Origin: Paramecium tetraurelia
Taxonomy: Eukaryota
DNA length: 64,000 bases
Reading direction: 5' to 3'
Assembly (NCBI GenBank): GCA_000165425.1
Contig: CT868385.1
Coordinates: 62,001-126,000, forward strand
Shown piece by piece: positions 1 through 12,485 of this stretch. The notes below the pieces were generated by a model. It did no database searches. It saw only the letters and a list, made by a program, of their open reading frames with translations, and had not been told where the DNA came from. The position numbers were made by a program, and so were the translations under genes. The stretch's first letter is position 1, and each line of letters opens with the position of its first letter.

Positions 1-345
1 GTTATAAATCATTATAGTGTTATAGATATCTATTTCTCATTAACTTTGGTATATAAAATAAAGTATGATATTTACACTTGTAGAATCTGTCAGTAGTCAT
101 CTGATTTATTCAGTATTTTATCATAAAAGAGTTAATTTTTGAAATATTCTCTTACTTTCATATCCAGTTTATTAAGCTTCCTTTATTTTAAAATAGAACA
201 ACTCATATAATAAATTAGATTGTTCTACTGGGATATAGATTATTTAAGTAATGTCATTTAAATAATTTACAAAAGAATAAATCATATTTAATATTATAAT
301 AATAAAATATATACAAAATATAATTTGTAATCATGATAAATTGTT

Positions 346-2635
346 ATGTGGCAAGAACAAAATAGAATTCCGAAAATAGAAAGACAAGTCAATCATTAAC
401 ATGCCCCTCCAGATTCCTTTTAAGGATCATTGAGTGGTTGAATAATCTTTATATTATTAGATTCAAGTATTTGCAATGTTGATGACACCTGTAGAGAACA
501 ACAAGCTATTGAAATTAAACAAGTGACGTTGCAAAATTTCCAATCAAATAATATCGAAATTGTTTTACCCAAAAAGAAAGAGAAAATATTTAGTTCAAAA
601 TTAAAAACCTGCTTTGTTGATCAATAATATGAAGAAAATTTTATAGTCAATAAAATGTAAACAGGAGTTTCTGAACACATAACAAAAAACCCATTTTAAA
701 GCACTCAATAACCAATTAGAAAATTGAGTGACATACCGAGTGTTACTGATAGGGAATCATACTCTAGACAAAATAGTTAAATCGATTTACATTCATAAAA
801 AGAATCAAAACAAAATATCAATTCAATCAAATAAGTTCCCATTGCTGGTAAAATTGATAGATCCAAAGTTGCTGCTAGCTATAGTTAACTGGCTTCAAAG
901 TTATACTATGCTGATTAATCTCCTTAAATCATCAATAACCCACAGAAACTATAACAAAAGGCTCTAATTGTTCACTAATCGTTGAATAAACTCAATGTGG
1001 CTCAAAGTAATTTATAGTCTTCTCTAAATATTAACAATTGTTCGCCAAAATCTTCTAATTAAAAATATGTATTGTCTGAATAAAGCGAGTGCTTTTAAGA
1101 TTTACTCAAAGATAAAAAGCAACCCCAATAATCAACACAATAATCCCAAACCTAATAAGACTAATCCCATCGATAAATTGAAAAAATCTTATCTGACAAT
1201 GAGATTCTTTTTAAATAAGTTAATAATGGCAAATAATAAATCTTTACTGAAGGTATAAAAAGCGAAGCCAATATACTCAGACAACCAATAATTGCATTTA
1301 AGAAACACAACACAATCGTTAATTTCAAACATGTTATTTAGAGCATGCTTAATAATGATGTCTCTAAATTCTAAATGCTAATGAAAGGTATTCATCATAA
1401 TATAAGATAGATAGTAAATTTTCCTATCTAAATCAACATGACATCTTAGGCAATACGATTCTAATAACTGTAATTAAATTATATGGATTTCACAAAAAAT
1501 ATGACGAATTACTGAAAGAAGTATTAAAAATGAATCCAGATCCTTTTATCAAAAATAAACTAACTGGATGGTCAGCTATGGATGAATCCCTTTCTTAAAG
1601 ATCAATATATGCAACGGCCTTATTATTTCAATAATGTTATAGGATTAAAAGAAATGAGTTTGTAAACCAATTTTATCAATTGTCAACCGTATTATAATAG
1701 GTTCCCAATTTTTAATTAGATATGAATTGGAATTTTGACAGTCCCTTACCCTTCATTAAATTGTTGGCTCCTAATGACACCATTAAATTATACAAATATA
1801 AATAATAATTGAGATTGGATAGTACACTTGTAGGTTTTTCGAAACTGTAATGCAAACGAAGAAACATGTCTCTGTTGTTTAAACAAAATAAATTATATTA
1901 AATTAATAGATCCAATCAATTTTACACAGATCCATTAGAGGAATTAGATACTGAAGAGAAAAAATTAATTATATATGATATTTTACACAGTGAACCAGTT
2001 AGCGGAGCATTGGATATAACCAGTTGTACAATCAAATAGTGTGTGGACTGGAGAGGCAGAAAGATAATTGAATAAGTAGGACAATATTCTTGTGAGAAGT
2101 ATTCATTGTTATTAGATAGAGATTTGATTTAAAGATCACATATAAAAGTTCTTATTTGAAGAAAAATAATGATACTCAAATTAAATTTGCTGTCGAGAGA
2201 GAGCTCTATGAAGAGTGGATATTAAACGATGTCTCACCTAATACGGATTTGCTATTAAATTAGAAACCTAAGGAATAGAATGAAACTAGAACAATATCCC
2301 TTTGGATTTGCAAGAATCATTCACTTCAATTTAAGGATTTTGCCAACATTGTGTCTCTATTGGCCAAAGGAAATCATTTAATGGAAAAATTAAATGGGTT
2401 GTTTCAACGACCAGAGATGCAGGAGATTATTGAATTGAATGGATTTCCAATTAAGGTGCAGATACCCTTTCAATTTTCAATACATGCTACAATTTAATGC
2501 TGCAATTTTGTATCTTTAGAAAATGCTGAAGAGTTGTTTACTATCCCGAATATTAAATATTTGCCTAGGAAGGAGGCATAAAAAATACTTCAGACGAAAA
2601 AAAAGAGATTATTGCTGGCGAATCTATATTTGTGA
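346..2635 (+). CDS. ANKRD13-like protein (low-complexity N-terminus, ankyrin repeats, GPCR-chaperone-type domain)
   Basis: Code-6 ORF starting MWQEQNRIPK with short introns (~437-460, 1388-1410, ~2099-2121). LNQHDILGNTILITVIK...TGWSAMDESLS and VPNFQLDMNWNFDSPLPFIKLLAPNDTIKLYKYKQQLRLDSTLVGF match recalled ANKRD13 motifs. TGA at 2633. Confidence 0.8.
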
Positions 2636-2743
2636 TTATAATTTAATTAAAATTATAAAGAATATAAGACATTATCGATTTCAATTTTGAGTTTTCATAT
2701 TCTTTATTTATTTTTAATATTATTATAAATTAATATTTAACGT

Positions 2744-3805
2744 ATGCATAAAACATATCAATTCGACTCAAATCAGAAACCAAAAATAAAGGACTTATGC
2801 TTGGAAGACAAAAAGAAAATCGGAAAATTGATTAAAAGATTGGCACAAGAAAGAGAAGAAAAGGAAATACTCTTAAAAAAATTAGCAGATATGCAATAAT
2901 CAGAATAAAAATAATAAAGATTGCAAACTGAAATTGAAAAACTAGATGAAGAGATCTCACAATTACAAGATCAAGAAAAGCAATCACATTATTAAACCCC
3001 TTAATTGTAAACTTAAAGCAAATAAAAATTATTGTATAAATTTGAAAATGATGATGAGAACATTCATCAAAGTCCAAACTTTAAAGTCCTAAATCAAATC
3101 AATTAAGATTAAAGTTCCTCGTTTATTATACCTATTACACAAAGAGAGTCTCCCATTAAAATTGACCAATAAATATAAAACTTCTATGGTCCAATAACAA
3201 AGTTAGCAATAGCCAGTAGTGTAATAAAAAAAGTCATCCAAAAAGAAGAAAGAAATACTCATGAAGAAGATTCAAGAATTTGAAAAAATAGTGAACAGAT
3301 TGAATTTTTCAAATGAATAAGTATTAAATTTCCACTTATATAGAGTATTGAATTAACTACCAATAGAAAGTCTGAAGAGTAAAATTCTCAATTGAATAAT
3401 ACTAGTTATCTTCAGAATGTATTTTAGAAATTATTGAACATTGAATAATAATCCCTCCCAACCTAATAGACAGTTAGATCAGAATAGTAGAGCGAGATCC
3501 AATAGAATTAATTTCAATAGCCACCGCAATATAATGAAGATGATCTCATCATTCAATTGTTGAATTCAGATGCTTCATCCTACAAACCCAAAAATCAAAA
3601 TACTTTAAATAATATATCTAATGTATCTAGATAAAAGTAATAACACAGCAGGAATAATTCAACAATTCTATAAAATGAGAATTAATAGAAAAAATAGAAA
3701 ATAACATTTGATCAAATCCCATCTCCAATTGTATAAGATGCATATTGCAAGAATGTTGTATAGAAATATAACTCCTTATTGCAAGAATTAAATAGATAAC
3801 AATGA
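2744..3805 (+). CDS. Coiled-coil protein with N-terminal hinderin/KIAA1328-like motif
   Basis: Code-6 ORF with start and stop in the same frame. IKDLCLEDKKKIGKLIKRLAQEREEKE resembles the recalled hinderin motif [27 protein letters not shown]. Confidence 0.65.
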
Positions 3806-3829
3806 ATTTACTTGGATATTATATATATA

Positions 3830-4356
3830 ATTCACCAAATATAAAAATTATTTCTAAAAATAAGAGAGTTGTTTGGAAATTTACAAAAGATCTCATAGGC
3901 TCTGAAAGATATAAAAGATTTTGGTAAATTTTTGATTGAAATGAGAAATCATTATGAGTTTTGTTTGCATGTCATTATTATAATTTTTATATTCTATTGT
4001 AAAATAGGGTTGGTTTTTGAAGTGAGAGTGAAGCAAAAGTAGTCATAATATAGTTTGTGATACATAAATCTTAACATTAGGGAATCACATCGCTTATTCA
4101 CTTTGCTCTATATTTGAACCTTTAATTAAAATAACTAGGTTTCCTTGACCTGAGTTACCTTCATTGATGATATTGATAGAGAAGTTTTGATTAACATTGG
4201 AACTACTCTTAATAGACTAAAGATTGCAATATTGATTATGCTTTACTTCATAATGTTCATCTAACAGCTTTTCCATTCTTATTGGGAGGAAAATTTAATT
4301 ACTTACAAGGGTAAAGTGGTCTTAGGTTTCTTACTTCCCTTACAAGTGCATCCCAT
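3830..4356 (-). pseudogene. Possible decayed gene beginning MGCTCKGSKK (acylation-type N-terminus)
   Basis: Plausible ATG and MGC start at 4356, but no single clean frame or intron solution runs through to the 3' end. The 3' boundary is approximate. Confidence 0.3.
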
Positions 4357-4401
4357 ATTAATTTTATATAAAAATTTAAATATTTAGATATTAATTTTTT
4401 A

Positions 4402-5008
4402 ATGGTGAATCTACGTCTCTAGAAAAGATTGGCTTCAACTCAATTGAAGGTTGGTGTGAATAGAGTTTGGTTAGATCCAAATGAAGCAAGTGAAATTAGT
4501 CTTGCAAATTCAAGAATGTCAATTAGAAAATTGATTAAGGATGGACTCATAATGAGAAGATTGAGAACAATTCATTCAAGAGCAAGAGCAAGAAGATTCC
4601 TTGAGGCCAAGAGAAGAGGTGAGTTATTTGTATTGATTACATTTTGATAGGCAGACACACAGGTACTGGTAAGAGAAGAGGTACAAGAGAGGCTAGAATG
4701 CCAACTAAGGTGCTTTGGATTCGCAGACAAAGAGTTTTGAGAAGATTGTTGAGAAAATACAGGGCTGCTAAAAAAATTGATAGACAATAGTAATATAATA
4801 GTGTATAACATCGCATAGATATCACGAATTCTATTTGGCTTCAAAGGGTAATCAATACAAAAACAAGAAAGTACTTATTGAAGCTATCCACGAAACTAAA
4901 TAAGAAAAGGTTAGAGTCGATAAGATTGAGAAAGAGTAAAACGATAGAAGAGAGAAGAATAAGGCTCAGAGAGTAAAGAAGACTCATAACAAGTTTGCAG
5001 CTGAATGA
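4402..5008 (+). CDS. RPL19: 60S ribosomal protein L19 (eL19)
   Basis: [28 protein letters not shown]...[18 protein letters not shown]. Introns 4619-4650 and 4790-4818. In-frame TAG/TAA read as Gln. Confidence 0.98.
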
Positions 5009-5112
5009 TTTTAAACAAATAAAAAGTACAATAATAAACATATACATTATTTCTTATTTAAGTTTGATTTCTATTTTTTTATATTAAAAAAGATTTAAAT
5101 TTTTTTAGGTGA

Positions 5113-5671
5113 ATGGTATGTTAAGCAATTTAATTTAGGCTGATAACAAAGTATAACCTGCTGCACAATAAGCTAAAGGAAAGAAAGGAAAAAAGAATTA
5201 AGGAGAAGATCAACCTTAATAAGTAGTAGCCACATTGGGACCAAATGTTGCTGGAAATGAATTAGTTTTCGGAGTTGCTCATATTCTCTCAACTTGGAAT
5301 GATACCTTTATCCACATTACAGATTTGACAGGCAGAGAAACACTTGCAAGAGTCACAGGAGGAATGAAAGTCAAATCAGACAGAGAGGAATCATCCCCAT
5401 ATGCAGCTATGCAAGCAGCTAAGGATGTTTATGAGAAGTTGAAGACACTCAAAATTAATGCTTTACATATTAAATTGAGAGCTAGAGGAGGTAAATCTAT
5501 ATATATCAATAACACTCAGGTGTTGATACCAGATAACCAGGACCAGGAGCTTAAGCTGCTCTCAGAGCTCTTGCTCGTTTGGGATTGAAGATTGGAAGAA
5601 TTGAAGATGTCACTCCAATCCCAACAGATTCAACTAGAAGACCAGGAGGTAGAAGAGGAAGAAGATTATGA
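5113..5671 (+). CDS. RPS14: 40S ribosomal protein S14 (uS11)
   Basis: [26 protein letters not shown]...[25 protein letters not shown]. Introns 5116-5138 (directly after the ATG) and 5491-5519. Confidence 0.98.
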
Positions 5672-5710
5672 AAAGTAAAATTACATTACATTATTCAAAT
5701 ACATTAACAA

Positions 5711-6747
5711 TCACTTTTTTATAGCATGTTTATTTTGACGGAATGTCTTATTAAATTTGACTATCGCGTTGAGACTTTCAAATCTTACAGTTGATGCTTT
5801 AGAATTATAATTCTTACTTCCTTAAAAGTATGATTCCATTGATCCCTCCTAATAATAATTAATTTATCAATATCAAATTTAGAAATTAACCCTTAATACA
5901 ATAAATTAATAGTTGTCCATTATTAATTTATTTTTTCAATCTAATCTTAAATTTCTTACATCTGTAAAATCTCTGCCCAAATATAATTAAATACTATGAT
6001 AAAACTAAAATATCCTATTTAATCTAAATATTATTTTCGAAAGGATTCATAAATATTTTTGTTGTTGTAGATATTATCTAAGTTCCAAGCCTATGAAATT
6101 AGCCTTTTATAAGGCCTTTTCAATTAATTATTGATTATTAACTCTTGATATTCTATATATCATATTATTTATCTATTTGAAATTATTTTTTTGCTAACAG
6201 TAAAAACTATTTTTAATCTCAGAGTTTCATTTTATTTATGTAAAATAACCTGTTAATGAATATTAGAAAGCACTTGCACATGACTTTAATTAATCCGAGC
6301 AGGAGAATGATAACTATTTAAAGGAAGTTTAGAAAGATTCCTCATGGCTTTTTTCTATCTCTTTGTTTTTAGATATTTTGTTAATTCATTAGATTTGCTT
6401 TAGTTTTGCTTATTGTTCTTAAGTGATCAAAATACACATTGTTTTAAACATCATTTACTCTTTCTTTTTTCTAAACTTTGGTTCAATCCTATAAATTATT
6501 TACGATTGGCTTGCAAAGGATTTATGTCTTCAATATTAATTGTATCCACCAATTCAGTTATTCTTATCTGCTTCTCTTTATTGAATACAACCAATTTACC
6601 AGAAGTAAAATAATAAAACAAATATTAAGTTTCATATTTTTCCAACACTGGTAAGTCTTTCTATTTTATCCCCATATTCTTCATCTAATTCAACATAATT
6701 TTCATTAACCAATCGTTTTTGAATGTCTTCAAGTGGAAATTTTTCAT
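5711..6747 (-). CDS. Hypothetical protein (one unresolved frame change near 6400-6450)
   Basis: Two long code-6 open frames (MKNFHLKTFKNDW... and ...SVKINMLQKK*) joined by a junction I could not resolve as a canonical intron. Confidence 0.45.
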
Positions 6748-6825
6748 AAAGTAGTCTTTTGGGTAATCTGTAACTTATATTAATTTATGTTAAATTCGAA
6801 TACTAAATAACAAAGCTCAACAGAT

Positions 6826-7193
6826 ATGAAGCAGAAACTATTAAATATTTTGTCAGAGAAAAATAATAAAGTTACTACCAAGTAGAAACCGTGCTCAAGT
6901 TTAGATTATTACTCATTGTAAAGGAAATTATCATAACGATCTCATAAATTACCTGTTAAAATGACTAAATTTGAAAGAGAGAGGTGGCTTTTTGAAATGC
7001 TAACTAATTAGGATCTTACATAATAAGTATTAGTATATTGAAGAAAGTTAAGGAGTAAGAGTTCAAGGAAATATATGTAAGAACAACCAAATTAATTACA
7101 AGGTATCGAAATAAAGAGATCAAATGGAATTCAAAAAGAGAAGCGTTATAAAAAGAAATCGGTTTACTTCGACTATTATTATAATAAAATTGA
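6826..7193 (+). pseudogene. Small coiled-coil gene with apparent 1-nt deletion
   Basis: MKQKLLNILSEK...WLFEMLTNQDLTQQVL hits TGA. The natural-looking continuation SILKKVKEQEFKEIYVRTTKLITRYRNKEIKW...QQN* is in another frame (shift near 7030). Confidence 0.4.
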
Positions 7194-7308
7194 TTGGAGT
7201 TTGTTATGTTATGTTCTTATAAATAAATATATTAATAATATTAGGAATTATTTAATATCTAACAGATATTACATATATAATACAAAATTGATCAATCTTG
7301 AATGATTT

Positions 7309-8240
7309 TCAAATATACAATTTCCTATAGGTGATATTATTCTAGTGTTGTTGTCTGAGCATCTAAAATTGAACATCAAATTGTATTGGTTGTATATAAC
7401 CTTTTTTTGAGTAGATACTATATCCTTTTAATGCTCCTGCTTATTATTATTACATAAGCACAGGCTGTTAGAAATACTAGTTCTTTGGCCTGTAGACAAA
7501 TAAAAGTGGTGATTCTGAGCGTTCTGATTAGGGACTCATTATTTCAGTGCTTCTTTCATGTACGGTTTTCAAAGTGAAGTTATCTTTACGAAATTAACTA
7601 ATAGCTTCAGACAATTTCAATCCTAGATTGCATCTTACAGTCACACTAACCTTTTTCTCTGGAGTTTATACTCTCAGTTGATTTAAAACTAACTCAGTAA
7701 ATAACAACATCATACATTTAATATCATCTTTCAATATCTTGGCTTTCATATCTTCCTCATACATTTTTTCATTGTTACTCCCTATTTCCTATTATGAAGT
7801 TGGTCTTGCGCGTGGAGTATTTAGGAAAATGTTCTTGTTAATTTCTATTTTACGTTTTGATATAAAGATTACCTATTTTAAGCTCTTTATACAATAACGG
7901 ATTGGCCTGCTCTTTTACTTTGGTTATCTCTTTTTAGTCTAGAGGTTAATTGTATTTCTTGGCTGAATTGTCTGTCTTTTGTTATTTTTTGGACACTGCA
8001 ATCTGAATTTGGGGAAGTGGCTGATGTGGATGAAGTAGTGCTCTTTTTTAAGGAGGACATGGAAGAAACCAATAGGAAAACATCACTCGCACTTTTAGAA
8101 GGATCACTTAATAGTTTTTTCAAGGGATTCCATTTTGAGTTAAATTATTCCAATATGGATTCTGTAAACACAGGAGTTACTTTGATTATAAATTCCAAGA
8201 AGGATTCCTTTAGTAGTGTTATTTCTTGAATGAATTCCAT
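7309..8240 (-). CDS. Hypothetical protein
   Basis: Continuous code-6 frame MEFIQEITLLKESF...YRKLYI* with one ~28-nt GT..AG intron near 7846-7873. Confidence 0.65.
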
Positions 8241-8623
8241 GAATATAAAATAATTAATGAATTAAAGCAATTGTTTTTTACCTTTCCGAAATTAATAAGT
8301 TTATTCAAATAAACCTTAAGTATCAATATTAACTAATTGTCTTTCTCAAAAGGATGACATCCAACAAATAATTAAATTAATTCAAAGCCATAAATATTGA
8401 TTTAGATCAAATTAAAGCACTCGTAACTTAGTCTTGGAGGTGTAAGTCAAAATTGCAAAAATTTTAAAAAGTAAAACAATATAGTTACAGAATTCGATAT
8501 AGGTACAATAAACATATATGTATATTAAGTTAAAGTTATAAGAAACTTTTATTAATTATAACGATAATAATAATAGTTATTATTGATAATAATAATAGTT
8601 ATTTATTAATATTAATAACTCTA

Positions 8624-9386
8624 TCAAACAAATTCTTTAAAATCTGTCATTGCAATAAAGGCTACTTCGTTTTCATTACTTTTCTTATTTTTCTTGTGGG
8701 CCTTCTACTTCTTCTACTTCTTTTATTTCTTATTCTTGATGTGCGTAGATTGATGAATCAAAGTCTATGAAGAAGCTGTTGCACAAAGACCACTATACAT
8801 TTTAGAACGACCTAATTTGCAACTCGCTCCAACAGGTCCTGCCAAAAATGCTTATTTAGCACCAGTGTATTTCTATAAATGTTTAAATTAATTTATTTAC
8901 CTCGTCGAAATAACATACTATATATTCAGAAGCATTATCTTCAGCCTTTCCACATCCAAAGGCACTAGATCTGGCTGTGAGTAATTATTTGGCGTTTTCA
9001 GGTTCCTTAAACCACTTTTCCATAACTTAATTGGTTCTCATTTGCTGATTTAAGTGTCTCTTAAAAAATAGCACTCCATAATTTTAAAACTATTAATGAA
9101 GCATAGTAATACTTAGCCGCAAGTGGAAGCCTTGAGAGGACACTTTTCAACACAAGTTTAAGCCATTTTGGCATAGCCATTGCTCCAATGTATAACATTC
9201 ATATTAGAGGCTGATTAAGATCCTTCAAAGCTAATTTAGCCAGTTGCAACTTGATTTCGGATTTGATTAAGGGAGTGAGCAGAGCTAATTGGCCAACCCT
9301 GAATTGACTCCTTTATTATGCACATTGCAATATTGATTGGATGCGTTTACGAAGAAAATTGTCAGAAACGATAAAATTATTCTCAT
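8624..9386 (-). CDS. Secreted CAP/SCP (Tpx-1/Ag5/PR-1) superfamily protein with Lys-rich tail; one apparent +1 frameshift near 9282
   Basis: Signal peptide MRIILSFLTIFFVNA. HSLNQIRNQVATG..ASNMNVIHWSNGYAKMAQTCVEKC, SAFGCG and YIVCYF are CAP motifs. Two short introns. Confidence 0.75.
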
Positions 9387-9449
9387 ATATTTTAATTTAT
9401 GAAATTTTCTAATTTCAAATCGAAGCCTTAATAATCCATCTATTAATTT

Positions 9450-10102
9450 AACATATCAAGATGAGATTGGTGAGCAAAAAAATAAATAATGAAAGAATGA
9501 TAGTCATTTTAATTGAAATTCCAGAATACCAAGGAATCTTCAAATTACAATATCAAGATAAGAAAGGATTAAGGAAGATAATTTAATTTAGAGTGAAATC
9601 CCTAGATCAGTGATGAGAATTATGATAATTAGGACTAATTTTTAACATGTATTGATCAACATTTTGTGGTATATAGTATGAGAGATTGCTGATGCTGTGG
9701 ATTAGGGATGTATAAATTTGAGTAAAAGAATCCATTTAAAACATTGTGTTCATAATTGGAGAGAAATTGTGAATCAAATTTTCATAGTAAAGATTAGGCA
9801 TTTTGGAAGTAAGACAGATGTAATTTAACAGTTTGTTTTTAGTGGAAATGAGTACAATTTTATTAGATAATTTTGATATTGGGGAGGAGAGTGGATTGGG
9901 AGTCTGTTTGCAGGTGTTGTGATTCAAAAGAAGACATTTAGTTTGGATAAGAAACGTTAGCAAGATGTGAGCCAATAGTTGATTGTTAACGGGTTATGGG
10001 AAATTAGATTGTGGATGGGTTTGCAATCGATGAGGCATTGAGATGAAAGAATAGTGGGGGAGGATACCCTTAACTGGAATGATAAAAATAATATAAATTA
10101 TT
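9450..10102 (-). pseudogene. Decayed gene for a secreted/type-I membrane protein
   Basis: Signal-peptide-like IIYIIFIIPVKG begins at ATA rather than ATG. Protein-like fragments occur in several frames with TGA stops, ending in a hydrophobic segment KMTIILSLFIFLLTNLILIC. Confidence 0.35.
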
Positions 10103-10105
10103 TTA

Positions 10106-10459
10106 ATGGGATCGATCCTCAATAAGCAAGAGGTTGCATCGAGGAAGTTATCTGAAATGCAGCAAGAACAAAAGTCCTTACACTACACACAAGAGGTTCA
10201 GGAGAACGAATAAGCTAGAATAGTGATTCAGACTTATCGGGACACGAAAATAAGTAGGAAGGTCCATAACTTGGATCCTGAGGTGAAATTAACATTTAGC
10301 AAGTAATTCCCTAAGAAACAGGACAATTCGAATGCTCAAGGTTAAACTAGTTCAATTCAATAAAAGGAAACATTTCAATTATCTCCGCGATCACCTGATC
10401 AAGAAAGTGATTGTGATTGGTAGGACATTTACGGAGATCGCCTGTTTCACATTAAGTGA
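10106..10459 (+). CDS. Small hypothetical protein (117 aa, MGSILNK start)
   Basis: Uninterrupted code-6 ORF with coding-like composition, ending DCDWQDIYGDRLFHIK*. Confidence 0.65.
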
Positions 10460-10515
10460 TGGTCATGCAGCTTAACAATGATTATTTAATTTTTTAATTC
10501 TTTATTTCTTTTTTT

Positions 10516-11161
10516 ATGTCAACAAGTAGAAAACTGGAAAATGAATACAATCATTGTATATACAAAATGATGTATACTTTAGCCAAGAGATGTGTAAAGG
10601 CTATAACAGGAGGTAGAAGTTAATGAGTAAAATCTAGAATCAGTCGATCATTAGAAATTCGCAGCATTGGTAGGCAAATAATTTGGTATATTAACGAAAT
10701 TGGAAGAAGAGAGGTCGATTCAATTTAAATTTTCGGAATCTTTGTCAGAATTAACAGAGTTACTTGGATTGTATGGTACATATTTAAATATTAGAGAGGA
10801 AAAACATGATATCATACGAATTAGTTAATAAAAATAGAAAGTTCAAATACAATAGTAACCGAAGCTGTTAGAACATAGTAGGAAAAATTTAAATCCTATT
10901 AAGAATGTTTCGAAATCCATAGATCAATCCACTGTCAAATAGGTGGCAATAGTGAGACCGGAATCCGATTTGAGAGATAACAAAGAGAGCAGGGATAGTT
11001 CCTATGTTAAGGAGATGAAGGAGATAAATCAAAATATTCCCAGGAATTCCTTTTTTATTCAGAGGAGATCAATACAAACTGAAAATGGAGCTTAGAAAAC
11101 CTTGGAGTAGAAAGAGCGAGAGTTTTTGGAAAGATTCAGACAGAGATTGGAAGATCATTGA
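10516..11161 (+). CDS. Hypothetical protein
   Basis: MSTSRKLENEYNHCIYK...FLERFRQRLEDH*, with two short GT..AG introns (~10613-10637, ~10777-10797). Confidence 0.65.
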
Positions 11162-11207
11162 TTCAATTGCTTATATATTTAGATAGAACTAATTTAATTA
11201 AATATAT

Positions 11208-12406
11208 TCATGCTTAACCAATTAAAATAGTGTCTTCAGAGTCTTCCTAATCCTCCTCAGTTTCTTCATCATAAAGCATTCCCAACATCTTCCTCTTTCG
11301 AATTATTTGTCTCTCTATCGGCTAATTCTTTATCTTGAATTCCATCAATTAATCATACATGTCATAACTACAATCAATGTCTTCGGAGAGCCACTAGACA
11401 ATGTATTATTAATAGGAATTACCAAAATGTTATCATTGCTAACTATGTTCAATTTGAATTTCATTTTCTGATCATACACTCTTAAACTCTTGAACTCCTT
11501 CCAAATATTAGTCAATTTCACAGTTTCATCACAAACATAGATGGGATCTCCTTGGAACATACATTCAGTGTACACCTTGGGACAACTCCTGTAAGTGGGT
11601 TCATAGAGTTTTGCAACCTTGACAGTTAAATCAATTTGTTTAGGAAAGAAGGATTTGTCATTCAACATTTGTATTTGAAGATTGTTGCCAAACAACTAGA
11701 AAGATTCCATTCCCATTATCAATGTATCATCTAAGTAAGTCCCCTTTTAAACCAGCGCTTTGAATATGGCAATTAAGTGTACTTGCTATTTCAGTATCAT
11801 TAAGAGTGGTCGAACTCATGTCTTAAGCTAGAATATAGCAGATGTACACATATTAAAAGGTAGATTCGACTTATATGGTCAGATTTTGATTGTCAAAAGA
11901 GGAATATAATTTCAGCATAGGCTTCCTACCACCATACTTGAAGAAACCAGCAAATCCAGAGATAAACACCGAATGCTGCATCGGAGAAGTGTAAATTTGT
12001 TCTATTGTCACTTGAGCCTTCTCTTACAGTGGGAAGCATCCTGAATCATAGGTGTCTCCTCCAAAAGCATACCAAGTGTAAAGAACTGATTTAATGCAGC
12101 TTTTCGAGCAGACTACTTAGATTGTGAATCCTATTGAAATCTAGAGTCTCTATTACCTGTTGTGTTTACTTTCATTAATTCAACATGGATGTCCAAGGCG
12201 AAATCGGAGAACTGCATTTCATTGGTGTAATTACTCAGAACGAAGATTACCTATGGGACATATGCTTTGTAAACATTCAGGAATTTGATATGTGTAATTG
12301 TGTCTTTTTCACAAGCTAAACCCCCAGCTCCAATTAGTAACTACCCGTTTTCTAAAATCGGATATCCATAAACTAGAATCACTAATTGAAGTAGCAAAAC
12401 GTACAT
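11208..12406 (-). CDS. Secreted protein: signal peptide + H-type-lectin-like domain + beta-gamma-crystallin-like domain + acidic tail
   Basis: Signal MYVLLLQLVILVYG. IKFLNVYKAYVPQVIFVL...VNTTGFTIQVVC...YTWYAFG is H-lectin-like. CPKVYTECMFQGDPIYVC...FKSLRV has a crystallin Greek-key pattern. Three short introns restore one frame. Confidence 0.7.
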
Positions 12407-12485
12407 TAATAATTTAATAAATATTAATATTCCCCCAACTTATTTATAATTATTACTCAATATATTAATTGTTAAATATTCTCTA

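Noticed and set aside
1..257. Minus-strand ORF starting at 257 (MTLLKQSISQQ...)
   Set aside because: It is short, hits TGA near 90, sits at the window edge and has no recognisable motif.
8354..8610. Small ORF resembling a tail-anchored SNARE remnant, with a 19-nt direct repeat at 8563/8585
   Set aside because: The hydrophobic tail arises from (ATA)n low-complexity DNA, and there is no clear SNARE heptad or stop.
9640..10050. Plus-strand Cys-rich frame with in-frame TGA (DC*CCG) suggesting a selenoprotein
   Set aside because: The Cys and TGA codons are explained as the antisense of ACA/GCA/TCA-rich minus-strand sequence. There are several TGAs, no selenoprotein family motif and no recognisable SECIS.
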